Assembly: GCA_017477185.1 (NCBI GenBank) | Contig: JAFUXF010000021.1 | Span: 267-64,266 of the forward strand | Length of the DNA: 64,000 nt | Direction: 5' to 3' | DNA from: Alphaproteobacteria bacterium | GTDB lineage: Bacteria; Pseudomonadota; Alphaproteobacteria; RF32; CAG-239 | In this document: piece by piece, positions 9,603 to 18,795 of the stretch | How positions within the stretch are numbered: position 1 is the first letter of the stretch | Layout: the number at the start of each line of letters is the position of its first letter | Position numbers and translations under genes: made by a program | Notes under the pieces: generated by a model | Told to the model about the DNA's origin: nothing | The model's database searches: none | The model's input: the letters and a program-made list of their open reading frames with translations, nothing else

Positions 9603-10229
9603 ATGATAAAATATTGTATTTTTGATATTGGTAATGTTTGTTATCCTTATAGTCCGAAACCGCTTCATGACTATATTCGTCATTCAGTTGACGATAAAAA
9701 ATCTTTTGATAAAATGGGTGGTATTTATTCCTTTGATTTTGATCCTTTACTTAAAGGTGAAATCAGTTTTTCTCAGTTTTGTCAGGACTTATGCTTCCAT
9801 TTTGGGCTTTCTTTTTCTGAAAATCTTGAAAAAATATTTTATAGTCTTGAACATGAATGTATCGGCTCTTTTATTCCCGAAACGAAACAGCTCATGCAAG
9901 AATTATCTTCGAAAGGTTACGAAATTTGCCTTCTTTCTAATATCACACCTGACTTAGAGGATATTGTTCCTCAGTCTGTTGATGCAGATAAGCGTTTTTT
10001 ATCCTACGAATTAGGCATGATAAAACCAGATATTGAAATATACAAATACGTTTTGGATAAATTGCATGCACGTCCGGAAGAGACCTTGTTTATTGATGAT
10101 TTGCCTGTTAATATATCCGCCGCACAGAAGTTGGGAATGAATGGTTTGGTTTTTCATCAAAAAACGATTATTCGTGATGTTCATGATATTTTATTCTCTT
10201 GCCCTCAAAAACTTCTTGACCAAAATTAA
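9603..10229 (+). CDS. HAD-superfamily hydrolase
   Basis: Motif I is IFDIGNV. LLSNITPD is present, and motif IV is LFIDDLPVNISAAQKLGMNG. Confidence 0.7.
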   Translation: MIKYCIFDIGNVCYPYSPKPLHDYIRHSVDDKKSFDKMGGIYSFDFDPLLKGEISFSQFCQDLCFHFGLSFSENLEKIFYSLEHECIGSFIPETKQLMQELSSKGYEICLLSNITPDLEDIVPQSVDADKRFLSYELGMIKPDIEIYKYVLDKLHARPEETLFIDDLPVNISAAQKLGMNGLVFHQKTIIRDVHDILFSCPQKLLDQN

Positions 10230-10287
10230 AATATGGTTTAGTAGTAACGCGTTGTCATTGTTGATTTTTGTTTTGCAAAACAAAAAG

Positions 10288-10363
<76 letters not shown>

Positions 10364-10636
10364 ATTTACATAAGAGAGGCATAGGTTGTCTCTTTTTTTA
10401 TGTTTAGGATCGAACTAAAGTTCGTCTTGCTTCGTAAGGGTGCGCCATTATGCGCGCCCTAACTTCGCTTCGGTCAAGCCAGTTGTAACGCTTGTTCCAT
10501 ACGCTGTCGCTTCTCACAAGCTAACAACTGCTACTGATTTCGGCAAAAACAATTCTTAGGAAATGTTTTTGCTCTGCAATCCCCGCTTACCTCCACCAAT
10601 TTACATAAAAGAGGCATATGTTGTCTCTTTTTTTAT
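10364..10636 (+). repeat. 235-bp block (10364-10598) inserted after tRNA-Ala and ending in a copy of the tRNA 3' end; 55-bp direct repeats at 10347-10401 and 10582-10636
   Basis: CCCGCTTACCTCCACCAATTTACATAA(G/A)AGAGGCATA(G/T)GTTGTCTCTTTTTTTAT occurs twice with 2 mismatches. This covers the tRNA 3' end plus its terminator. The ~180 bp between the copies contains GC-rich hairpins, for example GGGTGCGCCATTATGCGCGCCC. Confidence 0.85.
10373..10400 (+). terminator. Intrinsic terminator after tRNA-Ala
   Basis: Hairpin AGAGA-11 nt loop-TCTCT is followed by a T7 run. Confidence 0.65.
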
Positions 10637-10704
10637 ATCTTGGCTTTTTACTATCCTTTTACCTTTTTTGCGCATAATGACTTATCTTTAATCATAAGGA
10701 TAAA

Positions 10705-11859
10705 ATGATGGATACGGTGCTTTGTTTGCATAATGCTGTTGTTTTGACCGGTTTTTCTACTATGCCGAACTGTGCGGTTTATATCAAAAAAGATAAAATT
10801 GCCGATGTATATAACGAATCGAGATTTCAGCAAAAACAGTTCTCCTCTCATGTCCAAATGATTGATATGCAAGGAGCATATATCGCCCCCGGTTTTATCG
10901 ATACGCATATTCACGGAATCGGCGGATACAGCACCGATGAAGCGGAGACACAATCTATTCTTAAGATGTCTGAAATTTTGCCCTCTTATGGTGTTACTTC
11001 TTTTATTCCGACTATCATCACTGCTCCTGAAAAAATCTTAATCAAGCGTATCAAAGCCATTGTTGCGGCAATAGGCAAGGAAAAAGGCGCACGGGTTTTG
11101 GGTATTCATCTTGAAGGTCCTTTTTTATCTCCGGAAAAAATTGGCGGACAAGAGGCGGATGGCTTGTCTTCGGTTGATTTAAACTATCTTAAACGTATTA
11201 TCAAAGCCGGTAAAGGTCATATTATCAATATGACTCTTGCACCGGAACTCAAACATATTCGCGAATTGGCTCTTAAATGTATGGAAGCCGGAATCGTCTT
11301 ACAAGCCGGACACACTAATGCGACTTATGAGCAAATTATTGAAGGAATGCAAGCCGGTATTTTCCATGCCACGCATATGTTTAATGCTATGCGCCCGATG
11401 CATCACCGTGAGCCGGGGACGGTCGGAGCTATTCTGACACATCCTGAAATATCATGTGAAATTATCGGTGATGGTATTCATGTTCATCCGGATTTGATTC
11501 GTTTGCTCACTCAATGCAAGCAGCCGACCCAGTTGGTCCTTATTACGGATAGTCTCAAGTATACAAAGGCGCAAATTCCTTCTGATATTGATTTATATTG
11601 TCAAAAATGTTTTAAACGTAAATCAGATGATGTTATTATGGGCTCTTGTATAACCATGCTTGACGGCTTTCAAAATCTTCTTAAGTTTGGCGTACGTCTG
11701 GAGCGTGCTATCCAAATGGCGACCAGTAATCCGGCGCGAATTATGCACCAGAATGGAATCGGCTCTATTATCCCGAGTTATGATGCAGATTTGATAGTTT
11801 TAGATAAAAATTTTAACCTTAAAATGACGATGATTAAAGGAAAATTTCTTAAATTATAA
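10705..11859 (+). CDS. nagA: N-acetylglucosamine-6-phosphate deacetylase
   Basis: Motifs GFIDTHIHGIGG, HLEGPFLS, AGHTNATYEQ and ATHMFNAMRPMHHREPG are present. Confidence 0.9.
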   Translation: MMDTVLCLHNAVVLTGFSTMPNCAVYIKKDKIADVYNESRFQQKQFSSHVQMIDMQGAYIAPGFIDTHIHGIGGYSTDEAETQSILKMSEILPSYGVTSFIPTIITAPEKILIKRIKAIVAAIGKEKGARVLGIHLEGPFLSPEKIGGQEADGLSSVDLNYLKRIIKAGKGHIINMTLAPELKHIRELALKCMEAGIVLQAGHTNATYEQIIEGMQAGIFHATHMFNAMRPMHHREPGTVGAILTHPEISCEIIGDGIHVHPDLIRLLTQCKQPTQLVLITDSLKYTKAQIPSDIDLYCQKCFKRKSDDVIMGSCITMLDGFQNLLKFGVRLERAIQMATSNPARIMHQNGIGSIIPSYDADLIVLDKNFNLKMTMIKGKFLKL

Positions 11860-11932
11860 TTTTTCCTCTTTTTTTTTATAACAGTTATGATTATATTAGT
11901 TATGATTAACAACATCAACAAAGGAGAAATAA

Positions 11933-12328
11933 ATGAAAAAATTACTTACTTCAACAGCTTTAGCTGCTGCAGTCTTATTAAGTTTACCAGTTAGTGCCGG
12001 TATGTCCGGAAACCACTCTCAAATGGCTCAGCCGGCACAGCAGGCTGCACAAAATATGCAACAACCTGCAGTGATGACCATTGAACAAGTCCAAACATTG
12101 GGAGATGATGTTCCTGTTGTGATGGAAGGGATGATTACTCAAGCCATGGGCGATGAAATGTATACCTTTCAAGACGCTAACGGAAATACCATTATGGTTG
12201 AGATTGATGATGAAGATTGGGGCGGCTTAAAACCTGACCCGAACACCATGGTCGTTATTACCGGTGAAACCGATAAAAAAGGCAACATTGTTGAAATTGA
12301 TGTCGATACAATTGCTTTGAAAAATTAG
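11933..12328 (+). CDS. Periplasmic OB-fold stress protein (YgiW/YdeI, BOF family)
   Basis: A signal peptide is followed by TIEQVQTLGDDVPVVMEGMI...MYTFQDANGNTIMVEIDDEDW...VEIDVDTI. This is colinear with the YgiW pattern. Confidence 0.75.
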   Translation: MKKLLTSTALAAAVLLSLPVSAGMSGNHSQMAQPAQQAAQNMQQPAVMTIEQVQTLGDDVPVVMEGMITQAMGDEMYTFQDANGNTIMVEIDDEDWGGLKPDPNTMVVITGETDKKGNIVEIDVDTIALKN

Positions 12329-12340
12329 ATAATACACTTA

Positions 12341-12375
12341 TACCGGACAAGGAAGAGCCTTGTCCGGTATTTTTA
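12341..12375 (+). terminator. Intrinsic terminator
   Basis: ACCGGACAAGG-AAGAG-CCTTGTCCGGT is followed by ATTTTT. Confidence 0.7.
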
Positions 12376-12376
12376 G

Positions 12377-12643
12377 TTAATTTGCTTCAGAATTTTGCTT
12401 TAATGCAGCTTCTATTCCGCGTGCCAATTGATCAGCACAGGATGTTCCTTTTCCGCCACAATCATTTCCCTTCAAAATTTCTGCCGCTTTTTGGGCATCT
12501 GCTCCTTCCAGCAATTTACCGATTGCCGCTGTGTTTCCGGGGCAACCTCCATGAAATTTGATATTATGTAACTTTCCGTCTTCTATGGAAAAACTGATTT
12601 CTTGAGCGCAAACATAATTTGTCTTTATTGTGTAGTCTTGCAT
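12377..12643 (-). CDS. Small four-cysteine TSCPD-domain protein (TIGR03905-like)
   Basis: 88 aa with GGCPGNTAAIGKLLEG and NDCGGKGTSCADQLA. It has four Cys residues in total. Confidence 0.65.
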   Translation of the reverse strand: MQDYTIKTNYVCAQEISFSIEDGKLHNIKFHGGCPGNTAAIGKLLEGADAQKAAEILKGNDCGGKGTSCADQLARGIEAALKQNSEAN

Positions 12644-12710
12644 ATGAATTATCCTTTTATAAAATATCAGGCATCATAAAGTGAAAAAAGTGCAAATGCA
12701 ACCTCAAAAA

Positions 12711-13718
12711 TCAGACAGTCATCAATCCGTTACGACATAAATTTGCAAATATCGGCTTATTTAACCCCAATGCTGCAATAATTTCTTGTGGCTTTTGTTT
12801 TATGTGTAGTGCCTTGGTTTGGATAATTCCGTCTTTGATAAGTTTTATCTCGGCACTCGGCAAATCGCAATGCCCGATACAAGAGGATAAATATACAAAA
12901 CATTCATCATTATCACGCAAGTTTTCTAAAGCTAACTTGCGGGCGTATAAATTCAGTGTCAAATCAGCCTTGCTGGCATCTTTCGTCCACGGGCTACCGC
13001 CGCCAACCGGACAAGTTCCGGCATAAAAATCACAGGCTAATTTACGCCCTGTTACGCCGCAATCGGCAATAGAAGAGTGGCATTTATAGCTTCCCGTACC
13101 ATTAATGATCAAATTTTTAGGTTCATCTTCTAAAGCGTCAAAAACAAAACTTATCAAATTTTCAGCCTCAAGCATAGGGATAGCCACAATCGCTGTGTTA
13201 ATTGAGCCATCATCATCGAGCGTAATTTGCGTTTTGATATCCAGCCCCAAATTTTTACTGTTGCGAGCTTTGTCATAAAGTGCCCGATTAAGTTTTTGCG
13301 CTAAATATTGTTCTTTTGCTAAAAATCCCTTACCTTGGCAAGCATAGCCGACAAAAATTCCTTGATCGCCCCAACCGGACTGATCAACGCCCTGCCCGAT
13401 TTCTACCGACTGCGCACCAATCAGGTTAATAACCTTTAATTTATCAGGATTAATGGCGTTTTCGCCCCAACGTGAAGAATATTCTTTAGTGTATCCGATA
13501 TCATTCAGGGCTTGTTTGATATACGTTTCAATTTTTTTCAGACTGACATTTCCACTAACCTCACCGCCTAAAATAGCTGTATTATCTTTAAGCATTACTT
13601 CGACCGCATAACGAACATGCTCGTCTTGTTCAATCATTCGATCTAAAATGTAACTGGAAATATAATCACAAATTTTATCAGGGTGTCCGAGTGACACAGC
13701 TTCGGCTGTTTTTTGCAT
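12711..13718 (-). CDS. Compact, divergent S-adenosylmethionine synthetase (MetK-family) protein
   Basis: The ATG at 13718 is preferred because AGGAG lies 8 nt upstream. Motifs are colinear with MetK: GHPDKICDYIS, GDQGIFVGYA, DCGVTGRKL and GGGSPWTKDASKADLT. At about 335 aa it is roughly 50 aa shorter than typical bacterial MetK. The C-terminal region is not MetK-like. Confidence 0.7.
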   Translation of the reverse strand: MQKTAEAVSLGHPDKICDYISSYILDRMIEQDEHVRYAVEVMLKDNTAILGGEVSGNVSLKKIETYIKQALNDIGYTKEYSSRWGENAINPDKLKVINLIGAQSVEIGQGVDQSGWGDQGIFVGYACQGKGFLAKEQYLAQKLNRALYDKARNSKNLGLDIKTQITLDDDGSINTAIVAIPMLEAENLISFVFDALEDEPKNLIINGTGSYKCHSSIADCGVTGRKLACDFYAGTCPVGGGSPWTKDASKADLTLNLYARKLALENLRDNDECFVYLSSCIGHCDLPSAEIKLIKDGIIQTKALHIKQKPQEIIAALGLNKPIFANLCRNGLMTV

Positions 13719-13803
13719 AACAAAAGTCTCCTTTTTTAGTCCTCTATTGCGGGACAAGTTAGGTTAAATCCACATGGGCCTTATTTCAGCTCTTTCGTCC
13801 GGC

Positions 13804-13831
13804 ATTATGAAACTTTTTATTCTGATGTCAA
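13804..13831 (-). promoter_or_regulatory. Candidate sigma-70 promoter for the MetK-like gene
   Basis: On the minus strand: TTGACA (13831-13826), 16-nt spacer, CATAAT (13809-13804). It would give a leader of about 80 nt. Confidence 0.4.
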
Positions 13832-14304
13832 GCGGTAAGACGATTTTTTCCAATTATACTTGACAGGAATCGAAAAAAGGAATAGTCTGAAAGTATCAAA
13901 TGATTATTATCATATTATGTATGAAAATTCCAGCCCTCAGGCTGTTAAAATATGAGCTCTTTGAAAGAGTTGCTTGCACACCGTGTAAAATATTGCTTAT
14001 GCAATTGCCAAAATATTCATATGGATTGTTGTCCGATGTTTTTGACAGGCAGTGCATTGAGTTTTTTTCAGAGGCGTGATGAGTTTACGAAGTTTGATGG
14101 ATTTGATTGTCTGTTTGTATGATTTTGTCAGGTGCACATGATAATTTTGTACTTGTAGATGACTTATCTATCTCCTTCCTGAACCACCGTATTGAAATAA
14201 AAAAGAAAAACAAACACCGCGTGCAAATGTAAAAGGCTTGAGATGTACGGCAAATGTTAATGTTATAACAAGATGCCCAGGAAAGTCCGTACGAAAAAGT
14301 CGGG

Positions 14305-14356
14305 TAGGAGAAAACGCATTCCGATTGGAAGGGTGCCTTTTCTCCTATTTTTTTTG
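14305..14356 (+). terminator. Intrinsic terminator / long imperfect hairpin in an ORF-poor gap
   Basis: AGGAGAAAA...TTTTCTCCT encloses an inner TTCC-GATT-GGAA hairpin. A T8 run follows. Confidence 0.55.
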
Positions 14357-14479
14357 CTTTATTTTAAGAGATTGCACACAAAATAGTAATTGTTACAGAA
14401 TTATGAATATTTTTGTCAGAACAGGGATGTATCTGGACAAGAAAGCAGTTTTGTGTTATAAATACAAGTGTTGAGCAGG

Positions 14480-14517
14480 AATCCCCGTTAGCTATGTCGA
14501 GCGGGGATTTTTATTTT
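14480..14517 (+). terminator. Intrinsic terminator
   Basis: AATCCCCG-14 nt-CGGGGATT is followed by TTTTATTTT. Confidence 0.6.
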
Positions 14518-14533
14518 AAATGCCCGAATTATC

Positions 14534-14562
14534 TAGACAAAATAAACAGAATCTGCTATAAT
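14534..14562 (+). promoter_or_regulatory. Candidate sigma-70 promoter for the 743-aa orphan gene
   Basis: TAGACA (14534-14539), 17-nt spacer, TATAAT (14557-14562). It lies 75 nt upstream of the ATG, which has a GGAGG RBS. Confidence 0.5.
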
Positions 14563-14637
14563 AAAGTAAATATTAACTAATACGCGCTAGAATCAGACTA
14601 AGTATAAATGTCTCTAGACTAAACGGAGGGCAAAGAG

Positions 14638-16869
14638 ATGGCGGAAAAAACTGATACAAATGCGAAAAAAAGTCCTAAAGAGCTTAATCAGGAAAAAGCT
14701 GCATCCCTGCTTTTTGATCGTAAAAATTTAAATAAAATAAGTCTGAAAAATCTTTTGAAAACCCAAGAGATTCTTGCCGGGGCTCATCAAGATAAAAATT
14801 CCGGTAAATCATCTGATGTAATTGAAACTCTTATTTCTCCTAAAGCACAGAAGAATCTTGATTATGCTGTCCTTGGCATTTTGGAACAAGTTGCTGCCGG
14901 TAAATATCTGAGCAATGATTGGGAAACCTACAAACAACAAAAAGAAGAAATTTTAGCTTTAATGGATGCTTCTCCAAATTTAAAAAAGAATTTTCCGAAT
15001 ACCATTGCAATGGTTAATCGTCGTTTACGTCCGACTGAAGAACAAAAGCCAAGAGTTAAATTATATCATGGTGACATGAAAAAAGGCTTTGTTAATTCCG
15101 CTATTATTTATAATAACTTTTACGCTGCAGATTCTTGGGGAAAGAAAAATGTCATTCGTCCATGGCGTAAATTTAAGAGAAATGTCAATAAATTATTTGA
15201 ACCATCTGCAGCAGCCAAACTGGCTCGTTTACAGAGGCACAACAACAAGATTAAGCGCAAATTATGGCGTCAAGAAAAATGGGAGGATGCTAAAAATTGG
15301 GTTAAATCTCGTCCGAGTTGGCTGAACAAAAAACGTAAAGAACTCGGGGGTAAGATTGCCAAATGGTTTAAAGAAAAAACATGGGTCGGAAAAAAACTGG
15401 TTGCTGCAAACAAGTGGCGCAAAGATACCGGTCGCAAAATCAAAAATGGTATCGTAAATGCCGGAAAAACGGTTTGGGGAATTACCAAGCAAGTTGGACA
15501 TGGTATTTACGTCGGAGCTAAATATGCAGCCTTAGGGGCGACAGCTCCTATTTGGGGACCTCCGTATATTGTGTATAAAGGAGCAAAAGCCGGTTATGAT
15601 TGGACGAAGGGAAAATATAATCAGACAAAAGATAACATCAAGGGTAAGATGAATGATGAAACAGCTAAAGCTACCCAAGACCGGCAAAAATATGTTGACC
15701 GTAATCCTCATCCGTATGAGAAACTGAATGATGATCAACAAAAAAATGTTAACAATATATTGAAAACTTACACAAATCAAGCTCGTCCGATGCGAGAAGA
15801 TGGTGTTCGCAAAGATACAACTAAGTGGGTAGCTGATGATGTTGAGCGTCAGGCTGCAAAAGAAATGCTGGGCAAATTGATTCAGCCGAAAGATAAAGGC
15901 GGACTGGAACTCCCTCCTGAGCAAGCTAAAGAAATTATGGACTTTTTCCAAAAACAAGGCTTAATGAAAAGTACTTATGATGATATTGCAAAAGATGATA
16001 ACATCAATAAGTCGGTGCAAGAAGAACATCGTGAACCCGCACATGAGGCAAAAGTTGAAGTTAATGACAATCAATCAAAAGGAGGCGAAGAGCAAACTCA
16101 GCCTATGTCTGTAGAACAGCAGATAGAAAAATTACAACTGGAAACATCTCAGCAGACTGTGGTTTCATCTCATTTAAAATTGTTAAAACAAATGCAACAA
16201 AATGAAACAAACCAAGAAGTTTTGAATACAATGACAGAGAGTTATACCCAAGTATTTAAGGATATTGGTGTTTCTGAAGAAAAAATTGCACAAATCAAGG
16301 AAATGAATCCTGATTTATTCCCGAAGAAAGAGAAAGCTCAAGAAACAGAAGAAGCAACGGAAATAAAACAGACCACCGTCAAGAATGATCGAGGAGATGA
16401 TGTGAATATTGTCAGTGGCGAGGGAAACATTGACAGACAACCATCTAATGGCGAATCTTTGAACACGAACCAACCAACAGCTCAAGAAATTGAACTTAAT
16501 GCGTATAAAGAAATTAAAGATCCAACAAAAGAATATTCTGGAGGACAGAGAAAAACCTTAAATGATTTATTAGAGGCTTATGAATTAGAAAAAAAGAGTA
16601 AAGGTGAAGAAATTGCTGAAACTAATTTTAAATTACGAGCTCAGGGACCACGCAAAAGAACGAGTATTAAATCAGAGACATCATATGGTAAAGGTCATAA
16701 GATTCTTGGAGGATTGGAGCTTAATGAAGAGCAATGGAATGAATTAAAAGAATATCTTGGAAAATCCGGAAAAATTCCGGAATTTGCTCCGAAACAACAG
16801 AGAAATGTTCAAAACAAAGAAATGAATAATGTTATTATAAATGCAAAGGAGAAACTCCAAAATAGTTAG
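14638..16869 (+). CDS. Hypothetical 743-aa Lys/Trp/Glu-rich protein, no recognisable domain
   Basis: A long uninterrupted ORF with a GGAGG RBS. No signal peptide is seen. A basic W/K-rich block (KLWRQEKWEDAKNWVKSRPSWLNKKRK...KWFKEKTW) is followed by a Gly/Ala-rich hydrophobic patch and an acidic Q/E-rich C-terminal half. Confidence 0.6.
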   Translation: MAEKTDTNAKKSPKELNQEKAASLLFDRKNLNKISLKNLLKTQEILAGAHQDKNSGKSSDVIETLISPKAQKNLDYAVLGILEQVAAGKYLSNDWETYKQQKEEILALMDASPNLKKNFPNTIAMVNRRLRPTEEQKPRVKLYHGDMKKGFVNSAIIYNNFYAADSWGKKNVIRPWRKFKRNVNKLFEPSAAAKLARLQRHNNKIKRKLWRQEKWEDAKNWVKSRPSWLNKKRKELGGKIAKWFKEKTWVGKKLVAANKWRKDTGRKIKNGIVNAGKTVWGITKQVGHGIYVGAKYAALGATAPIWGPPYIVYKGAKAGYDWTKGKYNQTKDNIKGKMNDETAKATQDRQKYVDRNPHPYEKLNDDQQKNVNNILKTYTNQARPMREDGVRKDTTKWVADDVERQAAKEMLGKLIQPKDKGGLELPPEQAKEIMDFFQKQGLMKSTYDDIAKDDNINKSVQEEHREPAHEAKVEVNDNQSKGGEEQTQPMSVEQQIEKLQLETSQQTVVSSHLKLLKQMQQNETNQEVLNTMTESYTQVFKDIGVSEEKIAQIKEMNPDLFPKKEKAQETEEATEIKQTTVKNDRGDDVNIVSGEGNIDRQPSNGESLNTNQPTAQEIELNAYKEIKDPTKEYSGGQRKTLNDLLEAYELEKKSKGEEIAETNFKLRAQGPRKRTSIKSETSYGKGHKILGGLELNEEQWNELKEYLGKSGKIPEFAPKQQRNVQNKEMNNVIINAKEKLQNS

Positions 16870-18056
16870 GGTTTAGAGCGGACAAACACCTCAACAACCC
16901 TATCTAACACACCTTTGACTTCAGAGAGGCAGATTCCGTAATTGGTTATTGCTACCCTTGCGCTTTCGCATTTTTGGATACGAGATAAAATCTCTCTCCG
17001 GTTTTGCGTGCAACCACCGCACTGCACAACTAACTTATACTCTTGCAAATTATCAGGAAACGTACAACCGGAGCAAAAATCAAACTGCAAATTCTTTCCG
17101 GTTTTCTTTTTCAAACCATTCGGAATTTTAACTTTTCCGATATCATCATCAATGGCATGGTGGGTACAAGCCTCCGCAATCAAAACCTTGTCTCCGTCTT
17201 GTAATCGGTTTATTGCTTCAGCTCCCTCTGCCATTTTAAGCAAATCTCCTTTAAGGCGGGCAAATAAAATAGAAAACGTTGTACATAAAATATCTTCCGG
17301 TGTATTGGATATCATAAAATCAACCACCTGTGAGTCACAAACGACCAAGTCCGGCTTATTTTTCAGGCTGTTTAAGGCTTGAACATACTCTGTTTCTTTA
17401 ACCACAATCACAATGTTATCATGGTCGAGCGCATCTCGTATGGCTTGAACTTGGGGCATAATCAACCGCCCTTTCGGGGCTTCTTTATCAATCGGGGTTA
17501 ATAATATAATCGTGCTGTGGGGCGGAACTAAATCGCCCAGCAAAGCAGGTGCTTGAATGAAATCTTCCGGCACAACTTTAATCAAGGCTTCTTTCAGCTC
17601 ATTCAAAACTCTGTCTCGGCTCGATTTGTCGGTTGAATTAACGCAAATACTTTCACCGGAAATATCGGACAAATCTGCTTTATTATGAACTTTTATCAAT
17701 GGAATTTTGCGCTTTTCGCACTCGGCAATAATTGTTTCTTCTTCCTCACCCCACTTTGATCCGTCACAAATCAGCAAAGCGACATCCGCCTTATCTAAGA
17801 TACGTTGTGTTTTTGCCAAGCGCTTTTCACCCAATGCCGTTTCATCACCTAAACCGGCAGTATCCAACCAGACGACAGGACCGATCGGCAAAAGTTCTTG
17901 TGTTTTTTCAACCACATCGGTTGTGGTTCCGGCAATAGCGGACGTAATAGAGACATCTTGTCCGGTCACAAGGTTTAAAAAGCTTGATTTTCCGGCATTG
18001 ACACGTCCTAACAAAGCAATATGAAGGCGCAAAGATTTCGGTGCTGACTGCATCAT
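16866..18056 (-). CDS. HydF-like GTPase ([FeFe]-hydrogenase maturation GTPase family)
   Basis: G1 is GRVNAGKSS. GTTTDVVEK...IGPVVWLDTAGLGD is present, and G4 is NKAD. The C-terminal Cys motif is EACTHH...VVQCGGC, against the HydF pattern CxH...HCxxC. Confidence 0.6.
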   Translation of the reverse strand: MMQSAPKSLRLHIALLGRVNAGKSSFLNLVTGQDVSITSAIAGTTTDVVEKTQELLPIGPVVWLDTAGLGDETALGEKRLAKTQRILDKADVALLICDGSKWGEEEETIIAECEKRKIPLIKVHNKADLSDISGESICVNSTDKSSRDRVLNELKEALIKVVPEDFIQAPALLGDLVPPHSTIILLTPIDKEAPKGRLIMPQVQAIRDALDHDNIVIVVKETEYVQALNSLKNKPDLVVCDSQVVDFMISNTPEDILCTTFSILFARLKGDLLKMAEGAEAINRLQDGDKVLIAEACTHHAIDDDIGKVKIPNGLKKKTGKNLQFDFCSGCTFPDNLQEYKLVVQCGGCTQNRREILSRIQKCESARVAITNYGICLSEVKGVLDRVVEVFVRSKP

Positions 18057-18057
18057 T

Positions 18058-18795
18058 TTATTTCTCCCTTTTCGCTAACGTTTTTATCACTTCGTTAGCG
18101 ATTGTCAAACCAAAAATCGCGGTAACTGTCGGCAAAGAACCCAATGTATTTCGGGCTTGAGGGTCATCATTTTCAAGACAAGCCTGTTTGCGCTGTTCGT
18201 TATTCGGCTCATCGGAATAGACACACTTTATTTGTTTAATATCAACTTCCCGACGACGCAAACGTTGGCGAATAAGTTTGGACAATCCGCAATTTTTGGT
18301 TTTATCAAGCGTGCTGATTTTAATAAAACTCGGATCTGTTCGCAAAGCCGCTCCCATAGAAGAAATAAACGGTATTTTATGTTTCCAAAGGGTTTCTATC
18401 AGATTACATTTGGCATTAAGTGAATCGATCGCATCAATCACAAAATCAGGCTTAAGAACTGCAATTTCAGGCAAAGTATCGCTGTCGACAAACATATCTC
18501 TCGTTTCAACAAGACAATTCGGATTAATTTCTTTAACTCGCTCAGCCGCAACTTCTACTTTTTTACGACCGACGGTTGAGGTTAAGGCTAAAATTTGGCG
18601 GTTTATATTGGTCTCATCAAAACTATCAAAATCCACAACAATAATATGCCCCACACCGGCACGCGCAACCGCCTCTAAGGCATATCCGCCGACAGCCCCG
18701 ACACCGATAATCATTACGCTTGCCTGCTGCAGTCGCTTAATGCCTTGCTCACCCAATAATAATCCTGTTCGCATTAATCTTTCCGGTATACTCAT
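18058..18795 (-). CDS. tcdA: tRNA threonylcarbamoyladenosine dehydratase (ThiF/MoeB-family, TcdA/CsdL-like)
   Basis: IIGVGAVGGYALEAVARAGVGHIIVVDFDSFDETNINRQ is present. The start at 18795 makes an ATGA overlap with the tatD stop. Confidence 0.75.
   Translation of the reverse strand: MSIPERLMRTGLLLGEQGIKRLQQASVMIIGVGAVGGYALEAVARAGVGHIIVVDFDSFDETNINRQILALTSTVGRKKVEVAAERVKEINPNCLVETRDMFVDSDTLPEIAVLKPDFVIDAIDSLNAKCNLIETLWKHKIPFISSMGAALRTDPSFIKISTLDKTKNCGLSKLIRQRLRRREVDIKQIKCVYSDEPNNEQRKQACLENDDPQARNTLGSLPTVTAIFGLTIANEVIKTLAKREK

Noticed and set aside
10403-10425. T-arm-like hairpin on the minus strand (TTTAG-TTCGATC-CTAAA) in the tRNA-Ala insert, a possible tRNA remnant.
   Set aside because: No acceptor, D or anticodon arms can be built around it. 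It is probably chance or a mimic.
13719-13803. Possible SAM riboswitch in the ~80-nt leader of the MetK-like gene.
   Set aside because: By eye I could not fit the SAM-II, SAM-V or SAM/SAH pseudoknot consensus. An Infernal scan would be needed, so it is not claimed.
14270-14300. CCCAGGAAAGTCCGTACG, reminiscent of the RNase P GGAAAGTCCG core.
   Set aside because: The complete type-A RNase P RNA is at 27312-27690. This site lacks every other conserved element.
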